Positions 1 to 8,371 of a DNA stretch of 64,000 bases are shown here, one piece after another (within the stretch, counting starts at the first letter, position 1; the number at the start of each line of letters is the position of its first letter). Source of the DNA: Faecousia sp. (GTDB lineage Bacteria > Bacillota > Clostridia > Oscillospirales > Oscillospiraceae); the NCBI GenBank assembly GCA_045540155.1, contig JAZQGT010000050.1:16493-80492 (forward strand), written 5' to 3'. Under the pieces are notes generated by a model. It ran no database searches, was not told where the DNA came from, and worked only from the letters and a program-made list of their open reading frames with translations. The position numbers were made by a program, and so were the translations under genes.

Positions 1-315
1 ACATTCCGCAATAAATGCCAGCTCCGGATGGCGCATAAAGTTCTCCACGTGGCTTAGGTTTTCCAAAGCGGGAATCACATCCACGCCCACCTGATTGCCG
101 TAGGCAACAATCTCCCGGATTTCGTCAGGCGTATAACACTCATCATCATTGAAAAACGGGGTGCATTCCACCTTGATCGCCGCTTCCAGATAGACCAACA
201 GCGCGTTATAGCCGTTTTCCTTGGCAAAGTCGATATAGCGCTTGACAAACTCTACGGTCTCCTTCTGACGGGCAAGGTCAATCTGCAATGCAACAATTTC
301 CAGCTTCTTTTTCAT
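1..315 (-). CDS. Glycoside hydrolase family 20 (beta-N-acetylhexosaminidase-like) protein, N-terminal part only; runs off the window
   Basis: Manual translation from ATG at 315: MKKKLEIVALQIDLARQKETVEFVKRYIDFAKENGYNALLVYLE...YTPDEIREIVAYGNQVGVDVIPALENLSHVE. This fits the GH20 pattern D.AR...N.L..Y.E...Y...EI.EIV.Y.....VIP..E...H. It lies directly downstream of nagB. Confidence 0.75.
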   Translation of the reverse strand, partial: MKKKLEIVALQIDLARQKETVEFVKRYIDFAKENGYNALLVYLEAAIKVECTPFFNDDECYTPDEIREIVAYGNQVGVDVIPALENLSHVENFMRHPELAFIAEC

Positions 316-339
316 GGTTCAATCCCCTTTGTGCAGCGC

Positions 340-1095
340 TTACTTCAGCAGAGCAGCGCTGTCGCTGTCGGTGTACATGATGGCGTTTTTGTGGTTTCTC
401 ATGGCGGTTGCGGGAACTGCCTCGGAGATTTCCGCGTTCATGGTGTCATACACAGCCTGCGCCTTCTTATCGGTGGGCACCACGCAAAACATATACTTGG
501 CAGATACCATGGTGGGAATGGTCAGGGTAACCGCGTACTGGGGCACTTCGTCCAGGGTATCGAAGGTCTTGTCGTTGACCTGCTGGTTACGGCAAACTTC
601 GTCCAGCTTGACCGCCTTGATGACTTCCTTGTCGTTGAAATCGGCAACAGGGGGATCATTGAATGCCAGATGGGCATTCTCTCCGATGCCGCACAGCACG
701 ATGTCGATTTCTCTTTCGCGGAGCAGCTTGGTGTAGTTTGCGCAGACAGACTCCACATCACCGCTGCCCACATAGTTGACACTCTTCAAATTCACCTTGT
801 CAAAAATGGTGGTCTTTAAGTAGTAAGCGAAGGTCTTTTCGAACTTGTCTTCCAGACCTATGTACTCGTCCATGTGGAAAGCATTGATCTTGGACCAGTC
901 CACATTCTCCTCCAGCAGGTGCTTCAGCACATCATTCTGAGAAGGAGCGGCAGCGAAAACCATATTGATCTCATCCTGCGTTTCCAGCAGCTGGCGAATA
1001 CGTTCTGCGGCGTCCTTTGCGGCCGCCTTACCCATTTCATCACGATTTTCGTACACCCGGCAAACCAGATTGTCCTTTTTAACTTCCTTAATCAT
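340..1095 (-). CDS. nagB: Glucosamine-6-phosphate deaminase (NagB family)
   Basis: FAAAPSQ, AFHMDEYIGL, GIGENAHLAFNDPP and VPQYAVTLTIP motifs; amino-sugar context. Confidence 0.8.
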   Translation of the reverse strand: MIKEVKKDNLVCRVYENRDEMGKAAAKDAAERIRQLLETQDEINMVFAAAPSQNDVLKHLLEENVDWSKINAFHMDEYIGLEDKFEKTFAYYLKTTIFDKVNLKSVNYVGSGDVESVCANYTKLLREREIDIVLCGIGENAHLAFNDPPVADFNDKEVIKAVKLDEVCRNQQVNDKTFDTLDEVPQYAVTLTIPTMVSAKYMFCVVPTDKKAQAVYDTMNAEISEAVPATAMRNHKNAIMYTDSDSAALLK

Positions 1096-1216
1096 AAATA
1101 CCCTCTCCTTTGCGGTATAATTTCCCTTGTATTATACCATATACTTCTAAATTGTAAATAGAAAAAGGCGCATTCGGCAAGGGTTTTTCACGAAACAAAC
1201 GCCTTCTCATAGATAT

Positions 1217-1240
1217 GTAGGGGCGGCTATTAGCCGCCCG
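1217..1240 (+). repeat. REP-like palindrome (GTAG-type)
   Basis: GTAG followed by the palindrome GGGCGGCTA-T-TAGCCGCCC. Confidence 0.55.
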
Positions 1241-1264
1241 TTTGTAAAGAGGAGATGGCTAACG

Positions 1265-1293
1265 AGAAAGACCACCCGACGGGTGGTCTTTCT
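1265..1293. terminator. Intrinsic terminator-like hairpin downstream of the Xre gene
   Basis: AGAAAGACCACCCG-A-CGGGTGGTCTTTCT inverted repeat. Confidence 0.6.
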
Positions 1294-1300
1294 TATGAAA

Positions 1301-1540
1301 TCACTTTGTATTAAAGGAAACAGGTTTATTGATAAGGCCGACAATATAGTCAGCTGAAAGGTTATAAAAACGGCACAATGTTACCAAATCATCAATTTTA
1401 AGCTCAGCCCGGCCAATTTCAATGTGATTATAGCCCTGCTGACTTTTATTCAATACCTTTCCTATTTCCGCCTGTGTCATATCACGGTCTTCCCGAATAT
1501 TCCGAAGTCTTTCCCTGTAATCCATAGCATCCTCCACCAA
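1301..1540 (-). CDS. Xre/Cro-CI family HTH transcriptional regulator (true start probably the Met at about 1525)
   Basis: RLRNIREDRDMTQAEIGKVL...GYNHIEIGRAELKIDDLVTLCRFYNLSADYIVG; GGAGG RBS before MDYRE. Confidence 0.85.
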   Translation of the reverse strand: MVEDAMDYRERLRNIREDRDMTQAEIGKVLNKSQQGYNHIEIGRAELKIDDLVTLCRFYNLSADYIVGLINKPVSFNTK

Positions 1541-1561
1541 TATTTATGTTTGTATTTTATC

Positions 1562-1611
1562 ATACTCATAATTTGAGTATTGTCATTCACTCAAACATTG
1601 AGTAATATAAT
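1562..1611. promoter_or_regulatory. Two ACTCA-N5-TGAGT operator palindromes overlapping a sigma-A-type promoter
   Basis: ATACTCA-TAATT-TGAGTAT (1562-1580) and ACTCA-AACAT-TGAGT (1589-1603); -35 TTGTCA 1580-1585, 17-nt spacer, -10 TAATAT 1603-1608. Confidence 0.65.
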
Positions 1612-1634
1612 ATAAAACAATTTGGAGGTATTTT

Positions 1635-1895
1635 ATGAATATCCAGCGCTGCTCCGATTGCCACTATTACTTACGGCACTATACGTTTGACCGGCGAAAA
1701 ATCTTCCGCGTTCACTGTGGACATTGTACTTTCAACAAGGTAAGACGGAAACAACCGGATTCAACCGCTTGTGAAAACTTCATGCCCAGCACCCCACAGG
1801 AAGATGCTTTTGTATCCAAGGAATATTTGAGCAAAGAACTGCTTCAATACTTACTCAATTTGGAACTGTTACCGAAAATCGAGGACAGAGGATGA
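1635..1895 (+). CDS. Small Cys-rich (putative Zn-binding) hypothetical protein
   Basis: Strong GGAGGT RBS; CxxC...CGHC...C pattern; divergent from the Xre gene. Confidence 0.65.
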   Translation: MNIQRCSDCHYYLRHYTFDRRKIFRVHCGHCTFNKVRRKQPDSTACENFMPSTPQEDAFVSKEYLSKELLQYLLNLELLPKIEDRG

Positions 1896-2059
1896 GGGAT
1901 TCGATTTAATTAAAGTTACGCTCCGTCGAGCCGTCGCGCGCAACAGTTCCCGGACTGTTGCATTTAGATGGGTTTGAATCCCCCTCAGCCGAAGCCAATA
2001 ATAAAAGCCACCCAAATGGGTGGCTTTTATTATTGGCAGAGGATGAGGGATTCGAACCC
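1886..2059. repeat. tRNA-Gln-associated palindromic element: 19-bp copy of the tRNA 3' region, an internal hairpin, and a long imperfect inverted repeat that includes the tRNA 3' end
   Basis: CAGAGGATGAGGGATTCGA occurs at 1886-1904 and at 2037-2055; hairpin GCAACAGT...ACTGTTGC; inverted repeat 1970-2059. Confidence 0.75.
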
Positions 2060-2108
2060 CCGCAAACGGAGTCAGAGTCCGGTGTGCTACCGTTACACTA
2101 ATCCTCTA
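2034..2108 (-). tRNA. tRNA-Gln (CTG)
   Basis: Reverse complement TAGAGGATTAGTGTAACGGTAGCACACCGGACTCTGACTCCGTTTGCGGGGGTTCGAATCCCTCATCCTCTGCCA; cloverleaf, CTG anticodon, encoded CCA; upstream TTGACT-N16-TATAAT promoter. Confidence 0.95.
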
Positions 2109-2224
2109 TCACACGGACGAGATTCATTATACGCAAATACCAGAAAAAGTCAAGCACTTTTTTCCTTATCCGGCGTATTTTTCTTCCCGCCGCTATCTAT
2201 CTTTCCCCGAATCGGCAATCCTAT

Positions 2225-2776
2225 TCACCCTTGCTCCCAAGGAAAGGGTTTTCCCTTCAGAACACGGGACTTAATATAGGAAAACGTCTCTTTCTCGCCC
2301 TTCTCGCTGAGCATTTCCAGCAGATAATCCAGTTCCTGCCGGGTCTGAGGATGCATACGGTTTCGCTCCATGCTTTTGCGGAAATATTCCAGCGCCGCCC
2401 TGTCGGTATACGCTTTTCCCTGATAAGTCATACAGGCTGCCCGGCGGTCCATCACCATCTCCACCAGATACTTGCGGGGCATGGGCAGCGCCTCATACTG
2501 CTTGGTCTGCAGATTCATGTCTGTCCAGTACTCATAATGGTGCCGGTTGCGGCCCTTATGGTGCATCCACGCCTCGCTGTACCCCTTTTGCTCCCGTTCT
2601 GCACTGTTGGGGCTTCGGATACCTTGGTAAAATTTCGCGCCGTTCCAAAATTCCGTGGGGGAATATTTGGACAGGTCGTGGGTCAGCCCCTGTAGGTACA
2701 GGCCCACCCGGAAACAGCCGCCCAGCACCAGAAAGCGGTGCTTGGTTATGGTCTTAAAATGCTGCCACGCCTTCAT
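2225..2776 (-). CDS. DUF5662-like HD-superfamily protein
   Basis: HFKTITKHR, HDLSKYSPTEF, WMHHKGRNRHHYEYW and EMVMDR motifs. Confidence 0.75.
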   Translation of the reverse strand: MKAWQHFKTITKHRFLVLGGCFRVGLYLQGLTHDLSKYSPTEFWNGAKFYQGIRSPNSAEREQKGYSEAWMHHKGRNRHHYEYWTDMNLQTKQYEALPMPRKYLVEMVMDRRAACMTYQGKAYTDRAALEYFRKSMERNRMHPQTRQELDYLLEMLSEKGEKETFSYIKSRVLKGKPFPWEQG

Positions 2777-2828
2777 GGGCTGCCCTCCTTTTCATAATTC
2801 AAGGGTGCGGAAAGCACCCTTGAAACCG

Positions 2829-3833
2829 TTATCTTGCCAGGAAACCGATCTTCTTGTAGACCTTCCGTAAGGTCTTTTCCGCCTCATAGCTTGCCCGTTC
2901 CGCACCGTTGCGGTACACGCTCTCCAGATAGGCTTTGTCTTTGAGCAGGCGGGTTGCCTCCTCGCGGATGGGCCGCAGGGTCTCGATGACCGCCTCGCCT
3001 ACCCGGGGCTTGAACGCGCCGTAACCCTGACCCGCAAACTCCGCGCTAATTGCATCGTAGCTCAGACCTGTAACAGCAGAGTAAATACTCATCAGGTTTG
3101 CCACACCCGGCTTATGCTCCGGGTCATACCGGACGCAATTTTCCGTATCGGAATCGGTGATGGCGCGCTTGAACTTCCGCTGAATGTCCTCAGGGCGTTC
3201 CATCAGGAACACACAGCCCTCGGGCATGGACTTGCTCATCTTGCTCTCGGGGGCGTTTAGGCTCATAACCCGGGCGCCGGTCTCCGGAATGTAAGGCTCG
3301 GGAATCTTGAACACATCGCCGTAAATGCTGTTAAACCGCTGGGCAACGTCCCGGGTCAGCTCGCAATGCTGCTTCTGATCGTGTCCCACCGGCACCAGAT
3401 CCGGCTGGTACAGCAGAATATCCGCAGCCATCAGCGCAGGGTACGTAAACAAGCCGCCATTGATATTCTCCGCATTCTTGGCGGATTTATCCTTAAACTG
3501 GGTCATGCGGGACAGCTCACCGAACATGGTGTAGCAGTTCAGCACCCAGCCAAGCTCCGCGTGCTGGTGCACATGGCTCTGGACAAACAGGGTATTCTTC
3601 TCCGGGTCCAGTCCGCAGGCAATATACTGCGCCAGCTGCTCCAGGGTACGGCGGCGCAAATCCGCCGGGGTCTGCCGCACAGTAATGGTATGCATGTCCG
3701 CCATAAAATAGAAGCACTCGTACTGCTCCGCCCGGCTGCTCCAATTCTTGATTGCGCCCAGATAATTGCCCAAATGCAAATCGCCGCTGGGCTGAATGCC
3801 CGATAACATTCTTTTCTTTGCTGCCTCTTCCAT
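2829..3833 (-). CDS. trpS: Tryptophan--tRNA ligase
   Basis: SGIQPSGDLHLGNYLGA (HIGH motif), YPALMAADIL, VPVGHDQKQH, KMSKS. Confidence 0.97.
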   Translation of the reverse strand: MEEAAKKRMLSGIQPSGDLHLGNYLGAIKNWSSRAEQYECFYFMADMHTITVRQTPADLRRRTLEQLAQYIACGLDPEKNTLFVQSHVHQHAELGWVLNCYTMFGELSRMTQFKDKSAKNAENINGGLFTYPALMAADILLYQPDLVPVGHDQKQHCELTRDVAQRFNSIYGDVFKIPEPYIPETGARVMSLNAPESKMSKSMPEGCVFLMERPEDIQRKFKRAITDSDTENCVRYDPEHKPGVANLMSIYSAVTGLSYDAISAEFAGQGYGAFKPRVGEAVIETLRPIREEATRLLKDKAYLESVYRNGAERASYEAEKTLRKVYKKIGFLAR

Positions 3834-3961
3834 TTCTTTCGCCTCATTTTTCATAATTTCCTTGATTTTACCACACTCCTTAGAAAAACGCAACGGGAAA
3901 TTGACTTTCCCCCGGCATCTATGCTACAATAGCAAAAGAATTCCAATGAGAGGTAATAGAT

Positions 3962-5605
3962 ATGGATTATCAAGCACTTGCTGATTTGCTGTTTCCCAAT
4001 GTAACTGACACCCCGGAGTTGCTGGAAGAGAGATTTCCGCCCCGGAACTACCCGGAGGGTGCAGTCATCACCCGTATGGCTCCCTCCCCCACCGGCTTTG
4101 TCCACTTGGGCAATCTGGTGCAGGGTCTGACCAGTGAGCGCATGGCGCACCAGAGCGGCGGCGTGCTGTTTTTGCGGGTGGAGGATACCGACGCCAAGCG
4201 GGAGGTGCCCGGGGCTGTGGAGGTGCTCATCAACACCCTGAAGCACTACGGCATTGCCTTTGACGAGGGCGCTACCATGGACGGTGACAGTGGCAATTAC
4301 GGTCCTTACCGTCAGCGGCAGAGAGCGGCAATCTATCACGTATATGCCAAAAAGCTGGTATGTCAGGGTATGGCGTACCCCTGCTTCTGCACAGAGGAAG
4401 AACTGGGCGCTATGCGTGAGCGCCAGGAGGCGAACAAGGAGACCACCGGTTATTACGGAAAATATGCTATATGGCGTGACCGTTCTATGGAAGACATCCA
4501 GGAGCAGCTTGCCGCAGGTAACCCTTGGGTGCTCCGTTTCCGCTCCACCGGCAGCATTGAAAACCAGTTCAAGTTTGATGATCTGGTAAAGGGCAAGCTG
4601 ACCATAACGGAAAACGATATTGACCACGTGCTGCTGAAATCCGACGGCATTCCCACCTATCACTTCGCCCACGCAGTGGACGACCACCTGATGCGCACTA
4701 CCCACGTGGTTCGGGGCGACGAGTGGCTACCCACCCTGCCGTTCCACATTCAGCTGTTCAATGCCCTGGGCTTTAAGCTTCCCAAGTATGTGCATATCGG
4801 ACCGCTGTTGAAGATGGACGGCACTTCCAAGCGGAAGCTCTCCAAGCGGAAAGACCCGGAATTGGCGCTGACCTTCTATAAGGCAGAGGGCTTCCCGGTA
4901 GAGGCGGTTTATGAGTATATTATGACGCTCTTAAACTCCAACTACGAAGACTGGCGCAGAGCCAACCCCACCGCCCCCGCTTCGGAATTTAAGTTCAGCC
5001 CCAAGAAGCTGAATCCTGCCGGCAACCTTTTTGACTATGCCAAGCTGACAGATGTTTCCAAAAATGTCATTGCCACTATGGATGCGGACAAGGTCTACAC
5101 CCTGCTTACCGAATGGGCGCAGGAGTTTGACGCAGATTTCGGTGAAAAGCTAAGCGCAGATCCTGCCTACGCCAAGGCGATTCTCGCCATTGGCCGGGGC
5201 GGCAAAAAGCCCCGTAAGGACATTGCCGTTTGGACAGAGGCCAAGGCCTATATGGGCTTCTTCTTCGACGCGTATCTGGAAAAGCCTGTGTTTGACGAAA
5301 AATTCTCCCCGGACACCGTCAAAACCGCCCTTACCAAATTCCTGGAGCGGTTTGACATTGCCGACGATTCCTCTGTCTGGTTTGACAAGGTCAAGGCAAT
5401 CACGGAAGAAATGGGCTTTACCACCGACATGAAGGCCTACAAGGCAGACCCCGATGCCTTCCCCGGCACTGTGGCTGATGTGTCCACCTTCATCCGGCAG
5501 GCAGTCACCGGCAAAACCAACTCCCCCGATCTGTACACGGTGATGCAGATTCTGGGTTACGACAGAACCGTGGCAAGAATCAAGGCGGTTATGGAATCCC
5601 TATAA
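3962..5605 (+). CDS. gltX: Glutamate--tRNA ligase (long clostridial type)
   Basis: RMAPSPTGFVHLGN, LRVEDTD, YPCFCT, PTYHFAHAVDDHLM, RGDEWL, KLSKR; promoter TTGACT...TGnTACAAT at 3901-3930. Confidence 0.93.
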   Translation: MDYQALADLLFPNVTDTPELLEERFPPRNYPEGAVITRMAPSPTGFVHLGNLVQGLTSERMAHQSGGVLFLRVEDTDAKREVPGAVEVLINTLKHYGIAFDEGATMDGDSGNYGPYRQRQRAAIYHVYAKKLVCQGMAYPCFCTEEELGAMRERQEANKETTGYYGKYAIWRDRSMEDIQEQLAAGNPWVLRFRSTGSIENQFKFDDLVKGKLTITENDIDHVLLKSDGIPTYHFAHAVDDHLMRTTHVVRGDEWLPTLPFHIQLFNALGFKLPKYVHIGPLLKMDGTSKRKLSKRKDPELALTFYKAEGFPVEAVYEYIMTLLNSNYEDWRRANPTAPASEFKFSPKKLNPAGNLFDYAKLTDVSKNVIATMDADKVYTLLTEWAQEFDADFGEKLSADPAYAKAILAIGRGGKKPRKDIAVWTEAKAYMGFFFDAYLEKPVFDEKFSPDTVKTALTKFLERFDIADDSSVWFDKVKAITEEMGFTTDMKAYKADPDAFPGTVADVSTFIRQAVTGKTNSPDLYTVMQILGYDRTVARIKAVMESL

Positions 5606-5610
5606 GTTGC

Positions 5611-5641
5611 AGCAGTCTCTCAGTTTTTCTGAGAGGCTGCT
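5611..5641 (+). terminator. Terminator hairpin after gltX
   Basis: AGCAGTCTCTCAG...CTGAGAGGCTGCT. Confidence 0.6.
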
Positions 5642-5670
5642 ATTTACTCTCTGATATTTTTTTGCAAAAC

Positions 5671-5698
5671 CCAACCTTTGATTCTTTTTTTGCGTCTT
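5671..5698 (+). promoter_or_regulatory. Putative ECF-sigma autoregulatory promoter
   Basis: -35 (C)AAC at 5673-5675, 17-nt spacer, -10 CGTC at 5693-5696; matches the general ECF AAC/CGT consensus and lies upstream of the ECF gene. Confidence 0.5.
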
Positions 5699-5751
5699 AT
5701 AAGTGATCGCCCGAAAGACCTTTTTGAAAGATACACAAGAGAGGACTTAAA

Positions 5752-8328
5752 ATGACACATTATGTAAACCACTCAGACGATATCTTGGTGGAATTGTCCC
5801 TGCTGGGAGACCAAACTGCCTTTGAAGAGTTGGTAATGCGGCACGAGCGCGCCGTGCTGGGTACCGCCTTGAAGGTCACAGAGAATCATTTTTCCGCACA
5901 GGATGCATCCCAGGATGCCTTTGTTTCCGCGTGGATCAATTTGGATCAGTTGAAGAGTCGGGAGAAATTCGGCCCGTGGGTATGCAGTATTGCCAAAAAC
6001 AAGGCGCGGACGCTGGTAGTCCACTACCGCAGCGCCATACCCGATATCAGCTTGGATTTGCTGAAAAATATGTCCTCTCAAGACGAAAACGACACCCTCT
6101 GGGAGATGCTTGGCCTGTCCCAGGACGATTCCGCTGAAATGCTCCGCGCTGCGGTGGATTCCCTCAGCGAGAAGATTCGGCAGGCTGTCAAACTCCATTA
6201 TTTTGAAGGTCTTTCCATTGCCGACATCGCCAAAGCCCTGTCCCTGCCGGCAGGGACGGTGAAATGGCGGCTGAGCGAAGGGCGTAAACAACTAAGAAAG
6301 GAATACGGCCTTATGGAAAATACATACGACGATAACGAGAGCATCCTCACCCGTGTTATGCGGCAGGTGGAGCAGCTGAAGCTGTGGCGGCTCAAGGAGG
6401 ACAAGACCGGCTTTGAAAAAGAGTACCGGCAGGTATTGAAAGCCGTAGAAGAACTGGAGGAATCCAAAGAAAAGCAGCACGCCCTGGCCGACACTCTAAT
6501 GGCCGGCTATTGGTGGCTACCCGGCGAGAAAAATGATGCCGTCCTTGCCAAAATGAAGGAAGCTGCTTTGCTGGGACACAATGAGCAGGTTATGGAGACT
6601 GTAATAAGTGTAGAGCAGGATAAATACAGCGGTGCTGAACGGCTTGCATTTATGAAAGACACCCAAATCCCTTGGTTGGAAGAAAACGGCTTTGTAAAAG
6701 TAATGGGTAGTACATATTTCTGGTACGGTTACTATTCCAAACGGGAAGGTCATTACGAAGACTGCATCAGCGCTTACCAAAAGGTTTTGGAGCTGCTAAA
6801 GCCGGAGGATGTGTACTACGCCAACGCCTTAGCGGCGCTGGAGGTTGAGGAAAAGCCCCACCGGCTTGGCTTATCTGAACACCAATATCATCTAAATGCC
6901 ACCGGAGAAGTCTATAAGTACATCGACGGCAAGCTGTATTTTTGGTCGCAACCCGGCTATAGCGGGGGTGGTATATATAGCTTAAACTTAAATGGCGCAC
7001 TGTTTTATAACTGTTCAAGAGTAAACGAATTGCTTTATGACCCGGCGATGGCAGTGGGTGATATTGTAAGCGACAGCAAGGGTAATACCCTCACCTATCG
7101 GGAAAACGGCATCACCGTGGAAACCCCCGCCGGAAGCTTTGAAAACTGTTCTGTTTATGTTTTTGAGGGCAACTATTACGGTCTTACCTATTGCGAAACT
7201 GCGTTTTGTCCCAATATAGGTATCGTACAGCAAACAGTGACCTGGGGCACTACCAACACTTGGCTCCTGGCAAGCTACACCATATTGGGTGGCACAGGAC
7301 TTTTGCCCTTTGCTGCAGGGAATACATGGCGATACATTACATCCCCTATGGGTATGAAATGCGAAATTGACAACACCTTTACAGTCACCGCAGCTATGGA
7401 AGACAGCGTGACGGTAAGTGCCAGCAAATTCATTCATCTGCTTTCCTATGACGAAAATTCCTGGGAGGGCAATATGCTGCAGGTGCGGCAGGAATACGCC
7501 GTAGAGGAAAAGGGTACATATAGGCTGATAGATGTGAGCCAGCCCCTTGCCAGTGCGGCAGAGCTTGCCGCAACCAAGCGAGAAAAGGTACACACCGCCA
7601 TCGCCACCAACGTAATGGAACGAATCTTCGCTACCTCTCCGCAAACCAACCCAAATTGCACAGAAATCGGTCGCTGGAATTTCTTCCAGATTCATCCCGT
7701 GGTCGCAACAGACGGCAAAATTCGGTTGGAGGGTGACCGTACCTATGATTTCGAGTGGAAGGTCGTACCCATAAAAGGCAACGAGGCCCAGAAGATACTT
7801 TATAATTTCCTCTATGACATTCTCTGCGACGCGGCAGGATGTGTATGGGATGATGCTTGGGTGCCCGGGTATCATATTGACAAGGACATTACAGGCTGGG
7901 GAGAAACAGAACATCTTGTATTTGATGTACTGGAAGACGAGCGTGTAAACACAAGTGCAGGGGAATTTACAGGTTGCCGGCGCATCACCTTCACCCTCAC
8001 CGGCAAAGGCCGTGGCTACGGTTATCGGGGCGGCAAGATGGACTACTGGTTTGCGCCGAATATCGGCATTGTAAAATTCTCCCGTCCCTACGGCAAGGAC
8101 AATGCCCTGGATTGCATTTGGGAACTGACCCGGTATGAGGGTACAGGCGAGGGCTACTTCCCCATAGGTGACGGATTGTTCCGCCGGTATGAGCCCACCG
8201 TTTTGGGTGACGGCTATCACGCCTGGGTGGAATACACCTTCGACCAAGATGAAAGCGGCACTGTTTTGTTCCGCAATGCTCTGGGTGCGCAGGACCGCGC
8301 CAATTACGAAGCCGACAAGGCAAACTAA
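5752..8328 (+). CDS. ECF (group 4) sigma-70 factor fused to a ~670-aa C-terminal extension (TPR-like helices plus two beta-rich repeats)
   Basis: N-terminus: AFEELVMRH, AQDASQDAFVSAW, FGPWVCSIAKN (region 2); LHYFEGLSIADIAKALSLPAGTVKWRLSEGRKQL (region 4). Confidence 0.85.
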   Translation: MTHYVNHSDDILVELSLLGDQTAFEELVMRHERAVLGTALKVTENHFSAQDASQDAFVSAWINLDQLKSREKFGPWVCSIAKNKARTLVVHYRSAIPDISLDLLKNMSSQDENDTLWEMLGLSQDDSAEMLRAAVDSLSEKIRQAVKLHYFEGLSIADIAKALSLPAGTVKWRLSEGRKQLRKEYGLMENTYDDNESILTRVMRQVEQLKLWRLKEDKTGFEKEYRQVLKAVEELEESKEKQHALADTLMAGYWWLPGEKNDAVLAKMKEAALLGHNEQVMETVISVEQDKYSGAERLAFMKDTQIPWLEENGFVKVMGSTYFWYGYYSKREGHYEDCISAYQKVLELLKPEDVYYANALAALEVEEKPHRLGLSEHQYHLNATGEVYKYIDGKLYFWSQPGYSGGGIYSLNLNGALFYNCSRVNELLYDPAMAVGDIVSDSKGNTLTYRENGITVETPAGSFENCSVYVFEGNYYGLTYCETAFCPNIGIVQQTVTWGTTNTWLLASYTILGGTGLLPFAAGNTWRYITSPMGMKCEIDNTFTVTAAMEDSVTVSASKFIHLLSYDENSWEGNMLQVRQEYAVEEKGTYRLIDVSQPLASAAELAATKREKVHTAIATNVMERIFATSPQTNPNCTEIGRWNFFQIHPVVATDGKIRLEGDRTYDFEWKVVPIKGNEAQKILYNFLYDILCDAAGCVWDDAWVPGYHIDKDITGWGETEHLVFDVLEDERVNTSAGEFTGCRRITFTLTGKGRGYGYRGGKMDYWFAPNIGIVKFSRPYGKDNALDCIWELTRYEGTGEGYFPIGDGLFRRYEPTVLGDGYHAWVEYTFDQDESGTVLFRNALGAQDRANYEADKAN

Positions 8329-8340
8329 CCTTATTTATGC

Positions 8341-8369
8341 AAAAAGGACGCACGGATGTGCGTCCTTTT
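8341..8369. terminator. Bidirectional terminator between convergent genes
   Basis: AAAAAGGACGCAC-GGAT-GTGCGTCCTTTT. Confidence 0.75.
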
Positions 8370-8371
8370 AT

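Noticed and set aside
1886-1904. Attachment site of a full prophage or ICE at tRNA-Gln
   Set aside because: Only ~130 bp separate the two copies and there is no integrase; treated instead as a miniature tRNA-associated element
1968-2279. 103-aa ORF (and ORFs 37099-37599, 37214-37450)
   Set aside because: They overlap tRNA genes and palindromic repeats; spurious
3834-3961. T-box leaders for trpS/gltX
   Set aside because: The ~130-bp divergent intergenic region is too short and has no T-box consensus
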